Assembly: GCA_937880925.1 (NCBI GenBank)
Contig: CALGGB010000312.1
Location: 60-64,059, forward strand
Length of the DNA: 64,000 bases
Source of the DNA: an uncultured Rhodospirillaceae bacterium
GTDB taxonomy: Bacteria; Pseudomonadota; Alphaproteobacteria; SP197
Direction: 5' to 3'
Below, piece by piece: positions 20,629 to 31,297 of the stretch (position 1 is its first letter; the number at the start of each line of letters is the position of its first letter). Under the pieces are notes generated by a model that worked only from the letters and a program-made list of their open reading frames with translations, ran no database searches and was not told the DNA's origin. The position numbers and the translations under genes were made by a program.

Positions 20629-21474
20629 TCAGCCATCGATCCCGAGAGTCTGAAGCAGCGCGTCATCGACGCCCGCACCGGGCAGTCCCCGCTCCCGCCG
20701 CAAGCGGGCCACCGCCGCCAGGGTGCGCGGCCCGATCAGGCCATCGGCCGCGCCGCATTCATCAAAACCGGCATCCTGAAGGGCGCGCTGCAGCGCCACC
20801 ACGGTTGCGGCAGGCCAGTCTCTCCTGTCCTGCCCCAGCACGCGCCTGACCTTCTCCAGCCACGCCCGCCGGTCCGCCAGGCCATGGCTGCCGCCGTTGA
20901 TTCGCCGGGTCAGCGCAACGAGATCGTCGCGGTCACAAAACCGGTTGAGACCGCGCCACGACCAGAAGCCGCAGGCAACCGCCAGGGCATGGTCCGGCGC
21001 GGCGGCAAGATCGGGGGCGGCCTCCAGATCGATCCCGGCGCGCCTTCCGGTTTCGCGGTAGGCCGCACGCCCGGTGAGCTGGATGTAGCCGCGGCCGCGG
21101 AACGCCCAGCCGTCGCCGGACGTCTCCCCGCCATTGCCCATGCGTCCGCCATAGACCCGGTTGGCGAGGCGCTCGGGCTGCCCGGCAAAGGGAGCGGCTT
21201 CCTCCGGCCCGGTAAAACGTGACGGCCAGACCGCGCACAGCCGTGCGGCGCTGTAGCGCAGGTTCTCCTCCAACGCGGTCAGTCCAGCCGATTCATGGCC
21301 GATCTGGGCAAGGAAAAACTCAAGGCGCGGACCCGTGATGGCGTGGCGCGCCAACAGGTCATCGCCTTGCCCGGCCATGGCATCCAGATGCGCCCGGACA
21401 CCACGGGGGAAAAGCGCCGCCAGGCGCGCGCGATCCAGCATCGTCAGTCCTTTCTCCATCGAGAGAAGGAACAA
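20629..21474 (-). CDS. glycoside hydrolase family 19 (phage-endolysin-like lysozyme/chitinase) with C-terminal peptidoglycan-binding domain
   Basis: GH19 catalytic block FFLAQIGHESAG … NRVYGGRMGNGGETSGDGWAFRGRGYIQLTGRAAY. The C-terminal PG_binding_1-like repeat is LQRALQDAGFD…DGLIGPRTLAAV. Confidence 0.6.
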   Translation of the reverse strand: MFLLSMEKGLTMLDRARLAALFPRGVRAHLDAMAGQGDDLLARHAITGPRLEFFLAQIGHESAGLTALEENLRYSAARLCAVWPSRFTGPEEAAPFAGQPERLANRVYGGRMGNGGETSGDGWAFRGRGYIQLTGRAAYRETGRRAGIDLEAAPDLAAAPDHALAVACGFWSWRGLNRFCDRDDLVALTRRINGGSHGLADRRAWLEKVRRVLGQDRRDWPAATVVALQRALQDAGFDECGAADGLIGPRTLAAVARLRRERGLPGAGVDDALLQTLGIDG

Positions 21475-21670
21475 ACTAGCAACATACCTGCGTCAGAGGC
21501 AAAATCGGCCGGCACGCGGCACCGGGGCCGGGCATCTGCCCACAAAGGAGGCCCAAGGCTTCAAGCGAATCACTAGGAGTCCAAGCTAATTAACGGACTC
21601 CAAACGATCATTTTGCCTCCGCCCTTTGGACCATGCTAAGGTCTGCTCCCAAGCGCACGGACGTCTTGCC

Positions 21671-22864
21671 ATGATCAGCGACCGTCTCGACCTGCTGACG
21701 GACTACCCCTTTCCCCGCCTCGACGCTCTGCTCGAGGGGTTGCCCCTGCCTGCGGGCGTGATCCAGCCCAACCCGATGTGGATCGGCGAGCCCAAACACG
21801 CCGTGCCCGAGCTGGTGAAGGCGCCGCTCGCCTCCCGCTTTGCCGACTACAACCGTTATCCCCCGATCGAGGGCACGCCCGGCCTGCGCGAGGCGATCGC
21901 TGCCTGGCTCGACCGCCGTTATCGCCTGCCGGAGGGTTTCATCGACCCCCACGGCGGCATGGTGATGCCGGTGGCGGGATCGCGCGAGGGCCTGTTCCTG
22001 ATCGCCCATGCCGCCGTGCCGGAAACCAAAAACGGCAAGCCGCCGGTCGCCATCGTGCCCAACCCGTTCTACCAGCCCTACAAGGGCGGTGCGGTGACCG
22101 CGGGCGCGGAGATCTTCTATCCGCCCTGCACGCGCCAGACCGATTTCCTGCCTGATCTGGATGCGATTCCCACCGGCATCCTGGAGCGCGCGGCGATCTT
22201 CTATCTGTGCTCGCCGGCCAATCCCCAGGGCACGGTAGCGAGCAAGGACTACCTCGCCCGCGCCGTGGCGCTGGCGCGCCGCCACGACTTCCTGCTCGTC
22301 TCCGACGAGTGCTACGCCGAGATCTACGACAAGACGCCGCCCACCGGCGCGCTGGAGGTCTGCGCCGAAACCGGGAGCCTGGCCAATGTCGTCGTCTCCC
22401 ATTCGCTGTCCAAGCGGTCGAGCTGCGCGGGCCTGAGGAGCGGCTTCATGGCCGGCGACCCGGCGTTCCTGAAGGCCTTCATCCGCCTGCGCAAATACGC
22501 CGCGGCCTCCTCCTCCTTTGCGACCTACGAGGCCGCCGAGGCGCTGTGGCGCGACGAGGCCCATGTCACCGCCAACCGCGATCTCTACCGCGCCAAGATC
22601 GACGTCGCCGAGCGCATCCTGGGCAACCGCTTCGGCTTCTACCGGCCTCCCGGCGGTTTCTTCCTGTGGCTCGACGTCGGCGACGGCGAGGCCGCGACGA
22701 AGAAGCTGTGGCGCGAGGCCGGCGTGAAGGTTCTGCCCGGCGCCTATCTCGCCGCAACCGGCGAGGGCGGCGCCAACGATGCCGCGCCCTATATCCGCGT
22801 GGCGCTGGTCAACGATCTCGAAACGACGCGCGCGGGGCTCGCCGCGATCGCAGAGACCTTGTGA
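21671..22864 (+). CDS. dapC: succinyldiaminopimelate aminotransferase (DapC-type class I aminotransferase)
   Basis: Starts [21 protein letters not shown], typical of DapC. The PLP-lysine region is [18 protein letters not shown] use the ATG at 21671. Confidence 0.7.
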   Translation: MISDRLDLLTDYPFPRLDALLEGLPLPAGVIQPNPMWIGEPKHAVPELVKAPLASRFADYNRYPPIEGTPGLREAIAAWLDRRYRLPEGFIDPHGGMVMPVAGSREGLFLIAHAAVPETKNGKPPVAIVPNPFYQPYKGGAVTAGAEIFYPPCTRQTDFLPDLDAIPTGILERAAIFYLCSPANPQGTVASKDYLARAVALARRHDFLLVSDECYAEIYDKTPPTGALEVCAETGSLANVVVSHSLSKRSSCAGLRSGFMAGDPAFLKAFIRLRKYAAASSSFATYEAAEALWRDEAHVTANRDLYRAKIDVAERILGNRFGFYRPPGGFFLWLDVGDGEAATKKLWREAGVKVLPGAYLAATGEGGANDAAPYIRVALVNDLETTRAGLAAIAETL

Positions 22865-22875
22865 GGAGCCCGGTC

Positions 22876-25338
22876 ATGGCCACCCGCACCGCACCCGCAC
22901 CCCGCCTCCGCCTGTTGCCCGACCCGGCCCTGGATTGGCTGAAGAAACGCACGACGGAGCTGGCCGGCGGCCTTTGCGCCGCGCTCGCCCTGTGGCTGCT
23001 GCTGGCGCTGGTTTCCTGGGAGCCGACCGACCCATCGTTCAACCGCGCCGCCGACGGCGCCGTGCTCAACCTTGCCGGCCGCGCCGGCGCCTATGGCGGC
23101 GAGGCGATGCTCGCCTGGTTTGGCCTGGCCGCGGGCCTGCCCGTGCTGGTGCTGGCGGCCTGGGCGCGCCGCCTGCTGGTGCGTCACCGCCTGCCGCGGC
23201 CCGTGCTCTCGGCACTGCTGACGCCGGTCGCCATGGTTCTGATCGGCCTTGCCCTGGCGCTGCTGGGCTGGCCCCGGCCCGATGGCCTGCCTGCCGGTGC
23301 CGCCGGCCTGATCGGCGGCCTCACGGCGATCCAGCTCGTGGAACTTCCCTGGCTTGCCACCGTGCCGCCGGCTCTGCCGGGCCTGCTCGCCCTGATCCTG
23401 GGCCTGACCGCCCTTGTCTTCGCCATGGCCCTGCCCTGGCGCGACGTCACCACCGCCGCGCGCACGGCCCAAAGCGGCAGCCGCATGCTGGCCGGCCATA
23501 TCTCGGCCTTCGCGCCGGTCGCTGCCGACGCCGCGCGCGGCAGCCTGGAGTGGCTCAAGGCGCGCCGCCTGGGCCAGATCGACGAGCGCGAGGACATCCC
23601 CGCGGGCAGCCAGCCGCCCGAGGAGGACGAGGACTGGGAGGAGGAGGACGAGGCCGAGGAGGCCGTCGAGGAAAGCGCCCCCGCCGCCCGTGGCCGTGCC
23701 GAACCCCGCCTGACCGGCCGCGCCAGCGCGCCCGAGAAGACCACCCGTGTCGCCCCGCGCCAGGATGTCGAAAAGCCGAAGAAAAAGAAGAAGCCGGTAC
23801 AGACCACCTTCGCCTTCGAGCCCGGCGAAGGTTTTGTCCTGCCGCCCATGGATCTGCTCTCGGAGGTCGACCAGAGCCAGAGGAAGAAGGTCGACGAGGA
23901 AGGCCTGGAGCAGAACGCACGCATGCTTGAAAGCGTGCTCAACGATTTCGGCATCCGTGGCGAGATCGTCGACGTGCGCCCCGGCCCCGTGGTCACGCTC
24001 TACGAACTGGAGCCCGAGGCCGGCATCCGCGCCAGCCGCGTCATCGGCCTGGCCGACGACATCGCGCGCAACATGTCGGCGGTCAGCGCCCGCGTCGCCG
24101 TGGTCCCGGGCCGCACCGTGCTGGGCATCGAGCTGCCCAACGTGCACCGCGAGACCGTGGCCCTGCGCGAGCTGCTGGAGGATGCGAGCTACACCAAGGG
24201 CGGGCCGAAGCTGCCCATTGCGCTCGGCAAGGAAATCTCCGGCGTGCCCGTGGTCGAGGACCTGGCGATGATGCCGCACCTGCTGGTCGCGGGCACCACG
24301 GGCTCGGGCAAGTCGGTTGCGGTCAACGCCATGATCCTGTCGCTGCTCTACAAGCTGACGCCCGAGGAATGCCGCCTGATCCTGATCGACCCGAAGATGC
24401 TGGAGCTTTCGGTCTACGACGACATCCCGCACCTGCTGGCGCCCGTGGTCACCGAGCCGGGCAAGGCCGTGATGGCGCTGAAGTGGACCGTGCGCGAGAT
24501 GGAGAACCGCTACCGCTCCATGCAGAAGGTCGGCGTGCGCAACATCGACGGTTTCAACAAGCGCGTCGCCGAGGCCGATGCCAAGGGCCTGGCGCTGACC
24601 CGCACCGTGCAGACCGGCTTCAACGCCGAGAGCGGCGAGCCGGTGTTCGAGGAAGAGGTCATCGCCGACAAGAAACTGCCCTACATCGTCGTCGTGGTCG
24701 ACGAGATGGCCGACCTGATGCTGGTCGCCGGGCGCGACATCGAGGGCGCCATCCAGCGCCTGGCCCAGATGGCGCGCGCCGCGGGCATCCACATCGTGAT
24801 GGCGACGCAACGCCCCTCGGTCGACGTCATCACCGGCACGATCAAGGCCAACTTCCCGAGCCGCGTCAGCTTCCACGTCACCAGCAAGATCGACAGCCGC
24901 ACGATCCTGGGCGACCAGGGCGCCGAGCAGCTTCTGGGCAAGGGCGACATGCTGTTCATGCGCGGCGGCGGACGCGTCACGCGCATCCACGGCCCCTTCG
25001 TCGGCGACGACGAGGTCCAGCAGGTCACCGCCTACCTGAGGAGCCAGGGCAAACCCGACTACATCGAATCCATCACCGAGGAGACCTTCGAGAACGCCAT
25101 GGAGATCGGCGGCTTCGATTCGGGAAGCGACGGCAAGGAGCAGCAGCTCTACGACCAGGCCGTGTTCCTGGTGACGCGCGAGCAGAAGGCCTCCACCAGC
25201 TTCATCCAGCGCCACCTGAAGATCGGCTACAACCGGGCGGCCAGCATCATCGAGCAGATGGAGCGCGAGGGTGTGGTCAGCCCCGCCAACCACGTCGGCA
25301 AGCGCGAGGTCCTGGCGGGCGCCCCGCCGGAGCGTTGA
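22876..25338 (+). CDS. ftsK: DNA translocase FtsK
   Basis: The N-terminal membrane domain and a Pro/Glu-rich linker are followed by the FtsK motor. Walker A is [11 protein letters not shown]. The C-terminal gamma winged-helix is …[38 protein letters not shown]. Confidence 0.9.
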   Translation: MATRTAPAPRLRLLPDPALDWLKKRTTELAGGLCAALALWLLLALVSWEPTDPSFNRAADGAVLNLAGRAGAYGGEAMLAWFGLAAGLPVLVLAAWARRLLVRHRLPRPVLSALLTPVAMVLIGLALALLGWPRPDGLPAGAAGLIGGLTAIQLVELPWLATVPPALPGLLALILGLTALVFAMALPWRDVTTAARTAQSGSRMLAGHISAFAPVAADAARGSLEWLKARRLGQIDEREDIPAGSQPPEEDEDWEEEDEAEEAVEESAPAARGRAEPRLTGRASAPEKTTRVAPRQDVEKPKKKKKPVQTTFAFEPGEGFVLPPMDLLSEVDQSQRKKVDEEGLEQNARMLESVLNDFGIRGEIVDVRPGPVVTLYELEPEAGIRASRVIGLADDIARNMSAVSARVAVVPGRTVLGIELPNVHRETVALRELLEDASYTKGGPKLPIALGKEISGVPVVEDLAMMPHLLVAGTTGSGKSVAVNAMILSLLYKLTPEECRLILIDPKMLELSVYDDIPHLLAPVVTEPGKAVMALKWTVREMENRYRSMQKVGVRNIDGFNKRVAEADAKGLALTRTVQTGFNAESGEPVFEEEVIADKKLPYIVVVVDEMADLMLVAGRDIEGAIQRLAQMARAAGIHIVMATQRPSVDVITGTIKANFPSRVSFHVTSKIDSRTILGDQGAEQLLGKGDMLFMRGGGRVTRIHGPFVGDDEVQQVTAYLRSQGKPDYIESITEETFENAMEIGGFDSGSDGKEQQLYDQAVFLVTREQKASTSFIQRHLKIGYNRAASIIEQMEREGVVSPANHVGKREVLAGAPPER

Positions 25339-25429
25339 GGTGCGGGCGGTGACGGCGCAACTCGGCGAAGCAGTCACGGCCTGCGACAATCGTCACTGGC
25401 GCCCACAATTCCGGGCAAAATTCCGTTGA

Positions 25430-26434
25430 TTGGCCCAGCAGCCCCTTGCCGTTGCCCGTTCGCGGGAGCAGAACGGTTCAGGGGCGATTCACCGGGCGTT
25501 TGACGCGATGTTCCAGATTTACCTGCCGATTGCGGAGATGTCGGTCGACATCTTCCTGCTGCTCGGCATGGGTGGGGTGATCGGCTTCCTTTCGGGACTC
25601 TTCGGCGTCGGCGGCGGATTCCTGATCACACCTCTGCTGATCTTCATCGGCGTGCCCCCGCCCGTGGCCGTGGGCTCCTCGGTCAACCAGGTCGTGGCGG
25701 CCTCGGTTTCGGGCGCCATCGCCCATTGGCGGCGCGGCAACATCGACTTCAAGATGGGCACCGTGCTGCTGGTCGGCGGCGTCGCCGGGTCGCTTGCCGG
25801 TATCCTGCTGTTCAACATTCTGGAATCCCTTGGTCAGATCGACCTGGTGATCCAGCTTTCCTACGTCGTCATGCTGGGCGGCGTCGGCGCATTGATGCTG
25901 GTGGAATCGGGCCGCGCCATCCTGATGCGCCGGCGCGGCGGCGGCGGGCGGCGCAAGAAACACGTCCACACCTGGATCCACGGCCTGCCCCTGAAGATGC
26001 GCTTCCGCACCTCCAGGCTCTACATCTCGGCCCTGCTTCCGCTGGGCATCGGGTTCGCCGTGGGTATCCTTGCCGCCCTGATGGGCGTGGGCGGCGGCTT
26101 CTTCCTGGTGCCCGCGATGATCTATCTGCTGGGCATGCCGGTCTCCATCGTGATCGGCACCTCGCTCTACCAGATCACCGTGGTCGCGGGCGCCACCACC
26201 TTCCTGCATGCGGTCTCGGGCCAGACGGTCGATGTCGTGCTGGCAGGCCTGCTGACCCTGGGCGCGGTCGTGGGCGCCCAGCTCGGCACCCGCTTCGGCG
26301 CGGGCCTGAAAGGCGAGGAGCTGCGCGGCCTGCTTGCCATGCTGGTGCTGATCGTCTGCGGCGCCCTGTTCTGGGAGCTGGTCGCCCCGCCGACGGAGTT
26401 CTTCAACCTCTCCACCCTGACGGTGTCGCCGTGA
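25430..26434 (+). CDS. TSUP family membrane protein (sulfite exporter TauE/SafE)
   Basis: Two repeats of the GxGGG TSUP motif (LFGVGGGFLITP and LMGVGGGFFLVP). The true start is probably an internal Met near 25508. Confidence 0.75.
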   Translation: MAQQPLAVARSREQNGSGAIHRAFDAMFQIYLPIAEMSVDIFLLLGMGGVIGFLSGLFGVGGGFLITPLLIFIGVPPPVAVGSSVNQVVAASVSGAIAHWRRGNIDFKMGTVLLVGGVAGSLAGILLFNILESLGQIDLVIQLSYVVMLGGVGALMLVESGRAILMRRRGGGGRRKKHVHTWIHGLPLKMRFRTSRLYISALLPLGIGFAVGILAALMGVGGGFFLVPAMIYLLGMPVSIVIGTSLYQITVVAGATTFLHAVSGQTVDVVLAGLLTLGAVVGAQLGTRFGAGLKGEELRGLLAMLVLIVCGALFWELVAPPTEFFNLSTLTVSP

Positions 26435-27180
26435 ACGCCCGCGCAGCCCTTCTGGCCCTTTGCCTGGCCGCCCTCTGCGCGCTGGGCCCCGGCCGCGCGG
26501 GGGCCCAGGAACTCGTCGCCGACCTGTCGGACCATCTCATCGCCATCGATTCCGAGTTCACCGGCACCGACCTGCTGGTCTTCGGCGCGATCGAGGGCGA
26601 GGGCGACATCGTCGTCCTGGTCCGTGGACCACGCTCCAGCGTGGTGGTGCGTGAGAAGGCCCGCGTCTTCGGCATCTGGCTCAACGCCAGCTCGGTCACC
26701 TTCGACAACGTGCCGTCCTTTTATGCTCTGGCGACCTCTCGGCCGCCCGAAGAGATGCTCGATGCCGACATGCGCCGGCTCAACGAGATCGGCCTCGACC
26801 AGCTTCGCCTGGAACCCGAACCGGGCACCGACATCGCCGACATCGCCGATTTCCGTGATGCCCTGGTCCACCTGCGCCAGAAAATCGGCCTCTACAGCTC
26901 CGAGCCAGGCAAGGTGAGCTTCCTGGGGCCGCGCCTGTTCCGCACGGCCATTCACTTCCCCGCCGCCGTGCCGGTGGGGCGTTACACGGTGGATGTCATT
27001 CTGGTGCGCGACGGCCAGGTGGTGCAGTCCTTCAGCCCGCCGCTGACCGTCGACAAGGCGGGCCTTGGCGCCGATATCTTCGACTTCGCCCACAACGACG
27101 CGGCGCTCTACGGCCTGCTGGCGGTGATCGGCGCGGCGATCGCCGGTTTCCTGGGCAGCCTGCTGTTCCGCCGTCCCTGA
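26431..27180 (+). CDS. TIGR02186-type conserved hypothetical protein, partner of the TSUP gene
   Basis: GTG start overlapping the TSUP stop (GTGA). It has a signal peptide and a C-terminal TM segment. The family assignment is from recalled synteny only. Confidence 0.5.
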   Translation: MNARAALLALCLAALCALGPGRAGAQELVADLSDHLIAIDSEFTGTDLLVFGAIEGEGDIVVLVRGPRSSVVVREKARVFGIWLNASSVTFDNVPSFYALATSRPPEEMLDADMRRLNEIGLDQLRLEPEPGTDIADIADFRDALVHLRQKIGLYSSEPGKVSFLGPRLFRTAIHFPAAVPVGRYTVDVILVRDGQVVQSFSPPLTVDKAGLGADIFDFAHNDAALYGLLAVIGAAIAGFLGSLLFRRP

Positions 27181-27339
27181 GGCCTGTGCGCCGCGGCGCA
27201 GCCAGACGGCGACAGGGCCCGGCGCCATCGGTTATCATGCGGAGGTCGCATTGCAGTGCCGGGAACGCCGCCTGCCTCTGCGAAGGCCGCACGACGGGCA
27301 AGGCCCGGCGGCAACGGTTCAACCACGCACCGGGACTCC

Positions 27340-27846
27340 ATGAGCGACGACACATCGACTGCCACCTCCCGCGCCAGCCATGTTGCCGGGCAGGTCAAGT
27401 TCCTCGTCTGCGTCGATGGCTCGCCGCCGTCCAAGGTGGCGGTCCACTATGCCTGCAAGCGGGCCAAGAACACCGAAGGGCGCGTCGCCCTGCTCCACGT
27501 CGTGCAGCCCGCCGACTTCCGCCAGTGGTCGGGCGTCGAGGAAATGATGCGCGAGGAACGCCGTGGCGAAGCCGAGGCCCTGCTCCAGGACCTGGCCGCC
27601 GACGTCAACGGCTGGGCCGGGATCATGCCGGAGCTGATGGTCCGCGAGGGCCGCATCGGCGACGAGATTCTCTCGGTGATCGATGAGGACCGCAGCATCG
27701 ACCTGTTGTGCGTGGGCTCCAATCCGGCGGAAGGGCGCGGCAAGCTGGTTTCCTTCCTGGCCGGACATCTGGCCGGAAGGCTGACGATCCCGCTGATCAT
27801 CGTGCCCGGCACGCTCTCGGACGAGCAGATCGTCAACATCACCTGA
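27340..27846 (+). CDS. universal stress protein (single UspA domain)
   Basis: FLVCVDGSPPSKVAVHYA … and a C-terminal …LVSFLAGHLAGRLTIPLIIVPG Usp motif. Confidence 0.7.
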   Translation: MSDDTSTATSRASHVAGQVKFLVCVDGSPPSKVAVHYACKRAKNTEGRVALLHVVQPADFRQWSGVEEMMREERRGEAEALLQDLAADVNGWAGIMPELMVREGRIGDEILSVIDEDRSIDLLCVGSNPAEGRGKLVSFLAGHLAGRLTIPLIIVPGTLSDEQIVNIT

Positions 27847-28042
27847 GGCGGCCGGAGCCCTGCGCGGGACGCATGCCCGCCATGCGCGGGACGCCGCCGT
27901 TCCATGTTTGTCCTTGACCCTGTGACCGGGATCACTAAGTGATGACCACGCGCGAACCTTATCCCGGGTTGGCGCATTCATGCTGGCGGGGAGGTCCATC
28001 CTTGCCGCGGCCCCTGACGGCCCGATCGAACGGAGTCCTGTC

Positions 28043-28597
28043 GTGTTTATCCAGACCGAAGATACGCCCAATCCCGCGACGCTGAAGTTCCTGCCCGGCC
28101 GGGCGGTGATGACCAGCGGCAGCGCTGATTTTGCCGACGCCAGCGCCGCGGAGGTCTCGCCCCTGGCGCGCCGCCTGTTCGACGTCGAGAACGTCGAGGG
28201 TGTCTTCCTGGGCGGCGATTTCGTCTCGGTGACCAAGGCCGAAAGCGGCGACTGGCGCCTGATGAAACCGGCCCTGCTGGGCGTCATCATGGAGCACTTC
28301 ATCTCCGGCAAGCCGGTGATCGAGGGCAGCGCCGTGGCGGCCGAAGAGAGCTTCGGCGAAGACGACGCCGAGATCGTCTCCCAGATCAAGGAGCTGCTGG
28401 AAACCCGCGTGCGTCCCGCCGTCGCCAACGACGGCGGCGACATCGTGTTCCGCTCCTATGACAAGGGCATCGTTCACCTGGTGATGCAGGGCGCCTGTGC
28501 CGGCTGCCCCAGCTCCACCATGACATTGAAAATGGGCATCGAGAATTTGCTCAAACACTACATTCCCGAGGTCGTGGAGGTTCGCCCGGTCCAGTAG
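28043..28597 (+). CDS. NifU-family Fe-S cluster assembly protein (Nfu-N + NifU C-terminal domain)
   Basis: GTG start giving MFIQTEDTPNPATLKF, the Nfu N-terminal signature. The C-terminal CAGCPSS is the CxxC motif. Confidence 0.8.
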   Translation: MFIQTEDTPNPATLKFLPGRAVMTSGSADFADASAAEVSPLARRLFDVENVEGVFLGGDFVSVTKAESGDWRLMKPALLGVIMEHFISGKPVIEGSAVAAEESFGEDDAEIVSQIKELLETRVRPAVANDGGDIVFRSYDKGIVHLVMQGACAGCPSSTMTLKMGIENLLKHYIPEVVEVRPVQ

Positions 28598-28673
28598 CGA
28601 GCCGGGCTGCTCCCTTGCCGGCGATCGGGGGATCGCCGGGCACGACCTGCAGCGCGCAGGGGGAAGAGACGAC

Positions 28674-29606
28674 ATGTTGAAACGACTTTTGTTGGGTGCG
28701 GCCCTGGTTGCCGTGGCCATGCCTGCGGAGTCCGCCAATGTGGCCTGGCCGGGAGCACCCGTTGCCACGCTCGATCAGGCTGACGCCGCGGCTGTTCTGC
28801 CCACCCGTTCCCGCGCTGGGGATACGGCGGTGTTGCCCCGGGGCGATGCGGCGACGCTCGATGCCCTGCTTTCGGCAGCCGGGCTGCGCGTCGCCCAGGT
28901 CCGCAGCGGCGCCAGCGCCGTGCCGCGGCTCTATGTCGAATCCATGCCCACCGACATGGCCCAGATCGACCAGGCCGCCGAGCGCAAGCGCATCTTCATC
29001 AAGGTCATGCTGCCGCTGGTCCTGGCGGCCAACGAGCGTCTGATCGCCGACCGCGCCGAGATCGCCTATCTCTCCAGCCGCATGGAAATGGGCGATGCCC
29101 TGAGCGAACCCGAAGCCCGCTGGCTCGCGGCCATGCTGGAGCTGTTCCATGTCGAGGACGGCGATCTGGCCGAACTGCTCGCGCGCGTCGATGTCATCCC
29201 GCCATCCCTGGCGCTGGCCCAGGCCGCCCAGGAATCGGGCTGGGGCACCTCGCGCTTTGCCCATGAGGGCAATGCCGTGTTCGGCCAGCGCACCTGGGAA
29301 GAGGGTGCCGGCATCGCCCCCGAAGGGCTCAACGATCCCGGTTTCGAAGTCCAGGCCTTCAACGGCCTGAAGGATTCGGTCTTTGCCTATCTGGTGAACC
29401 TCAACCGCCACCCGGCCTACCAGCACCTGCGCGAATTGCGCACGGCGATGCGTGAAGAAGGCATCGAGCCCGACGGCATCACCCTGGCCGCGGGCCTGGA
29501 CGACTATGCCGAGGAGCCCGATTACATCGGCAAGATCCGCGCCCTGATCAGCGTCAACAACCTGACCGATTTCGACGGCGCCCGCCTGGCAGACGCCGCC
29601 GACTGA
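28674..29606 (+). CDS. glucosaminidase-domain (Bax-like) protein, secreted
   Basis: Signal peptide plus a mannosyl-glycoprotein endo-beta-N-acetylglucosaminidase block: LALAQAAQESGWGTSRFAHEGNAVFGQ. Confidence 0.65.
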   Translation: MLKRLLLGAALVAVAMPAESANVAWPGAPVATLDQADAAAVLPTRSRAGDTAVLPRGDAATLDALLSAAGLRVAQVRSGASAVPRLYVESMPTDMAQIDQAAERKRIFIKVMLPLVLAANERLIADRAEIAYLSSRMEMGDALSEPEARWLAAMLELFHVEDGDLAELLARVDVIPPSLALAQAAQESGWGTSRFAHEGNAVFGQRTWEEGAGIAPEGLNDPGFEVQAFNGLKDSVFAYLVNLNRHPAYQHLRELRTAMREEGIEPDGITLAAGLDDYAEEPDYIGKIRALISVNNLTDFDGARLADAAD

Positions 29607-29636
29607 TCGCTGGCGGCGCGCTCCTGGCGCAGGTTC

Positions 29637-30707
29637 CTACTCCTCGCCGCCGGGCACCAGGAAGGGCATGCCGAACCAGCGGAAGCGGCCGTCGGCCGTC
29701 GGCAGCGTGCAGTTGAGGCGCGAGCGGCCCGGCGGGAAGGGCCGCGCCAGGCGAACCTCCACGCGCCGCCCCAGCAGTTCCAGCGAAAGACTGTCATCGT
29801 GCGAGGCAAAGCAGGCCAGGCGGTCGAGCCGGCCGGCGCTTTCGCCGACCGTAAAGCCGATGGCCGGCGGATTGGCCGTGCCCGAACCCGGCTGGATCAG
29901 CATGTCGGGCGGCAGCACGTCACTCACCTCCAATGGCAGCGCGTCGATGATCGTATCGAAGCGGTCGGGTTCGCCGTAACGCTCGTTGAGGGCAAAGCGC
30001 GGCAGGGTGAACATGTCGCTGCCGGCTGTCGCCACACCCGAGTACTGGCCGAAGGCCGCGATGTAGCCGGCATCCTCGACCATGGCGGCAAGCTCGGCGC
30101 TGTATTCCCCGTAAGGGTAGGCAAAGACCTCGGGCACATGGCCCAGTTCGGACAGGAAGGCCGCCGTCATGCGCGCGAGGTCCTCCTCCATGGCGCCACG
30201 CCCCTGCACCGCCATGTGGGCGTGGCTCGCGCTGTGGGCGCCGATCGTGACACCGGCATCCTCCATGACGCGCAGTTCGTCCCAGGTCAGGGCGCCGGGT
30301 ACCTGGCCCACCGCATCGGTGTTGACGAAGATCGTGAAGGGCAGGCCGGCGGCCTGCAGGCGCGGAAAGGCTTCCGTGTAGATCGAGCGATAGGCGTCAT
30401 CGATGGTGATCGCGACCGTACGGTCGGGCAGCACTGTGCCATCGCGCAGCGCCGCGACGACCTCGTCCAGCGGCAGGACGTGGTAGGCCCCGGAGGTCAG
30501 CTTGGCGATGTGCTCGTCGAACTGGGCCAGACGAATGCTGGTCGAGGGATAGGCGTCTTCGCCGAAGCGGTGGTACATCAGAACAACGGCGCCGCTGGGG
30601 GACGTGGCGGCCGACTGGGCGGCGGCGCGCATACCGCCCCCGGCCATGGCCGCCGCGACCACCAGGCAGCAAGCCGCCACCCGCAGACAAGAAGAGGCAG
30701 AACCCAT
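29637..30707 (-). CDS. polysaccharide deacetylase (CE4) family protein, secreted
   Basis: Signal peptide MGSASSCLRVAACCLVVAAAMAGG when started at 30707. CE4 motifs are TIDDAY, HSASHAHM and LTWDEL. Confidence 0.65.
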   Translation of the reverse strand: MGSASSCLRVAACCLVVAAAMAGGGMRAAAQSAATSPSGAVVLMYHRFGEDAYPSTSIRLAQFDEHIAKLTSGAYHVLPLDEVVAALRDGTVLPDRTVAITIDDAYRSIYTEAFPRLQAAGLPFTIFVNTDAVGQVPGALTWDELRVMEDAGVTIGAHSASHAHMAVQGRGAMEEDLARMTAAFLSELGHVPEVFAYPYGEYSAELAAMVEDAGYIAAFGQYSGVATAGSDMFTLPRFALNERYGEPDRFDTIIDALPLEVSDVLPPDMLIQPGSGTANPPAIGFTVGESAGRLDRLACFASHDDSLSLELLGRRVEVRLARPFPPGRSRLNCTLPTADGRFRWFGMPFLVPGGEE

Positions 30708-31290
30708 GGGCCCTCTGAACGATACCGCCCTCGACACCCTGTTCCGCAAGGCGCGCACGTTCCATCGCTGGAGCGACCGCCCGGTCGAGGACACCACGCT
30801 GAAAGCACTGTGGGACCTGGCACGCATGGGTCCGACCAGCGCCAATTGCTCGCCCATACGCATCGTCTTCGTCAAAAGCGCCTCCGCCAAGGAACGCCTG
30901 CGTCCCCATGTTGCGGAGGGCAATATCGCATCCGTCATGTCTGCCCCCGTGACAGCCATCTTGGCCCACGATCTCGACTTTTACGAGCGTCTGCCCGAAC
31001 TGTTCAATGCCGATGCCGTGAGCTGGTTCAAGGGCAAGCCCGGCGCCGAACCGACCGCCTTCCGCAACGGCAGCCTGCAGGGCGCTTATGTCATGCTGGC
31101 GGCCCGCGCCCTGGGCCTGGATTGCGGCCCCATGTCGGGCTTTGACAACGCGGGGGTCGATGGCGCGTTCCTGGGCCATCAGCCGCGCTGGCGCTCCAAC
31201 TTCATCTGCAACCTTGGTTATGGCGACGAGCCGGACATGCGTCCGCGCAACCCGCGCCTGGCCTTCGATGAGGCCTGCGCCATTGTCTGA
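30706..31290 (+). CDS. nitroreductase family protein (RutE-like malonic semialdehyde reductase)
   Basis: MGPLNDTALDTLFRKARTFHRWSDRPV… matches the RutE/YdjA-type nitroreductase N-terminus. 194 aa from the ATG at 30706. Confidence 0.7.
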   Translation: MGPLNDTALDTLFRKARTFHRWSDRPVEDTTLKALWDLARMGPTSANCSPIRIVFVKSASAKERLRPHVAEGNIASVMSAPVTAILAHDLDFYERLPELFNADAVSWFKGKPGAEPTAFRNGSLQGAYVMLAARALGLDCGPMSGFDNAGVDGAFLGHQPRWRSNFICNLGYGDEPDMRPRNPRLAFDEACAIV

Positions 31291-31297
31291 ATCTGCC

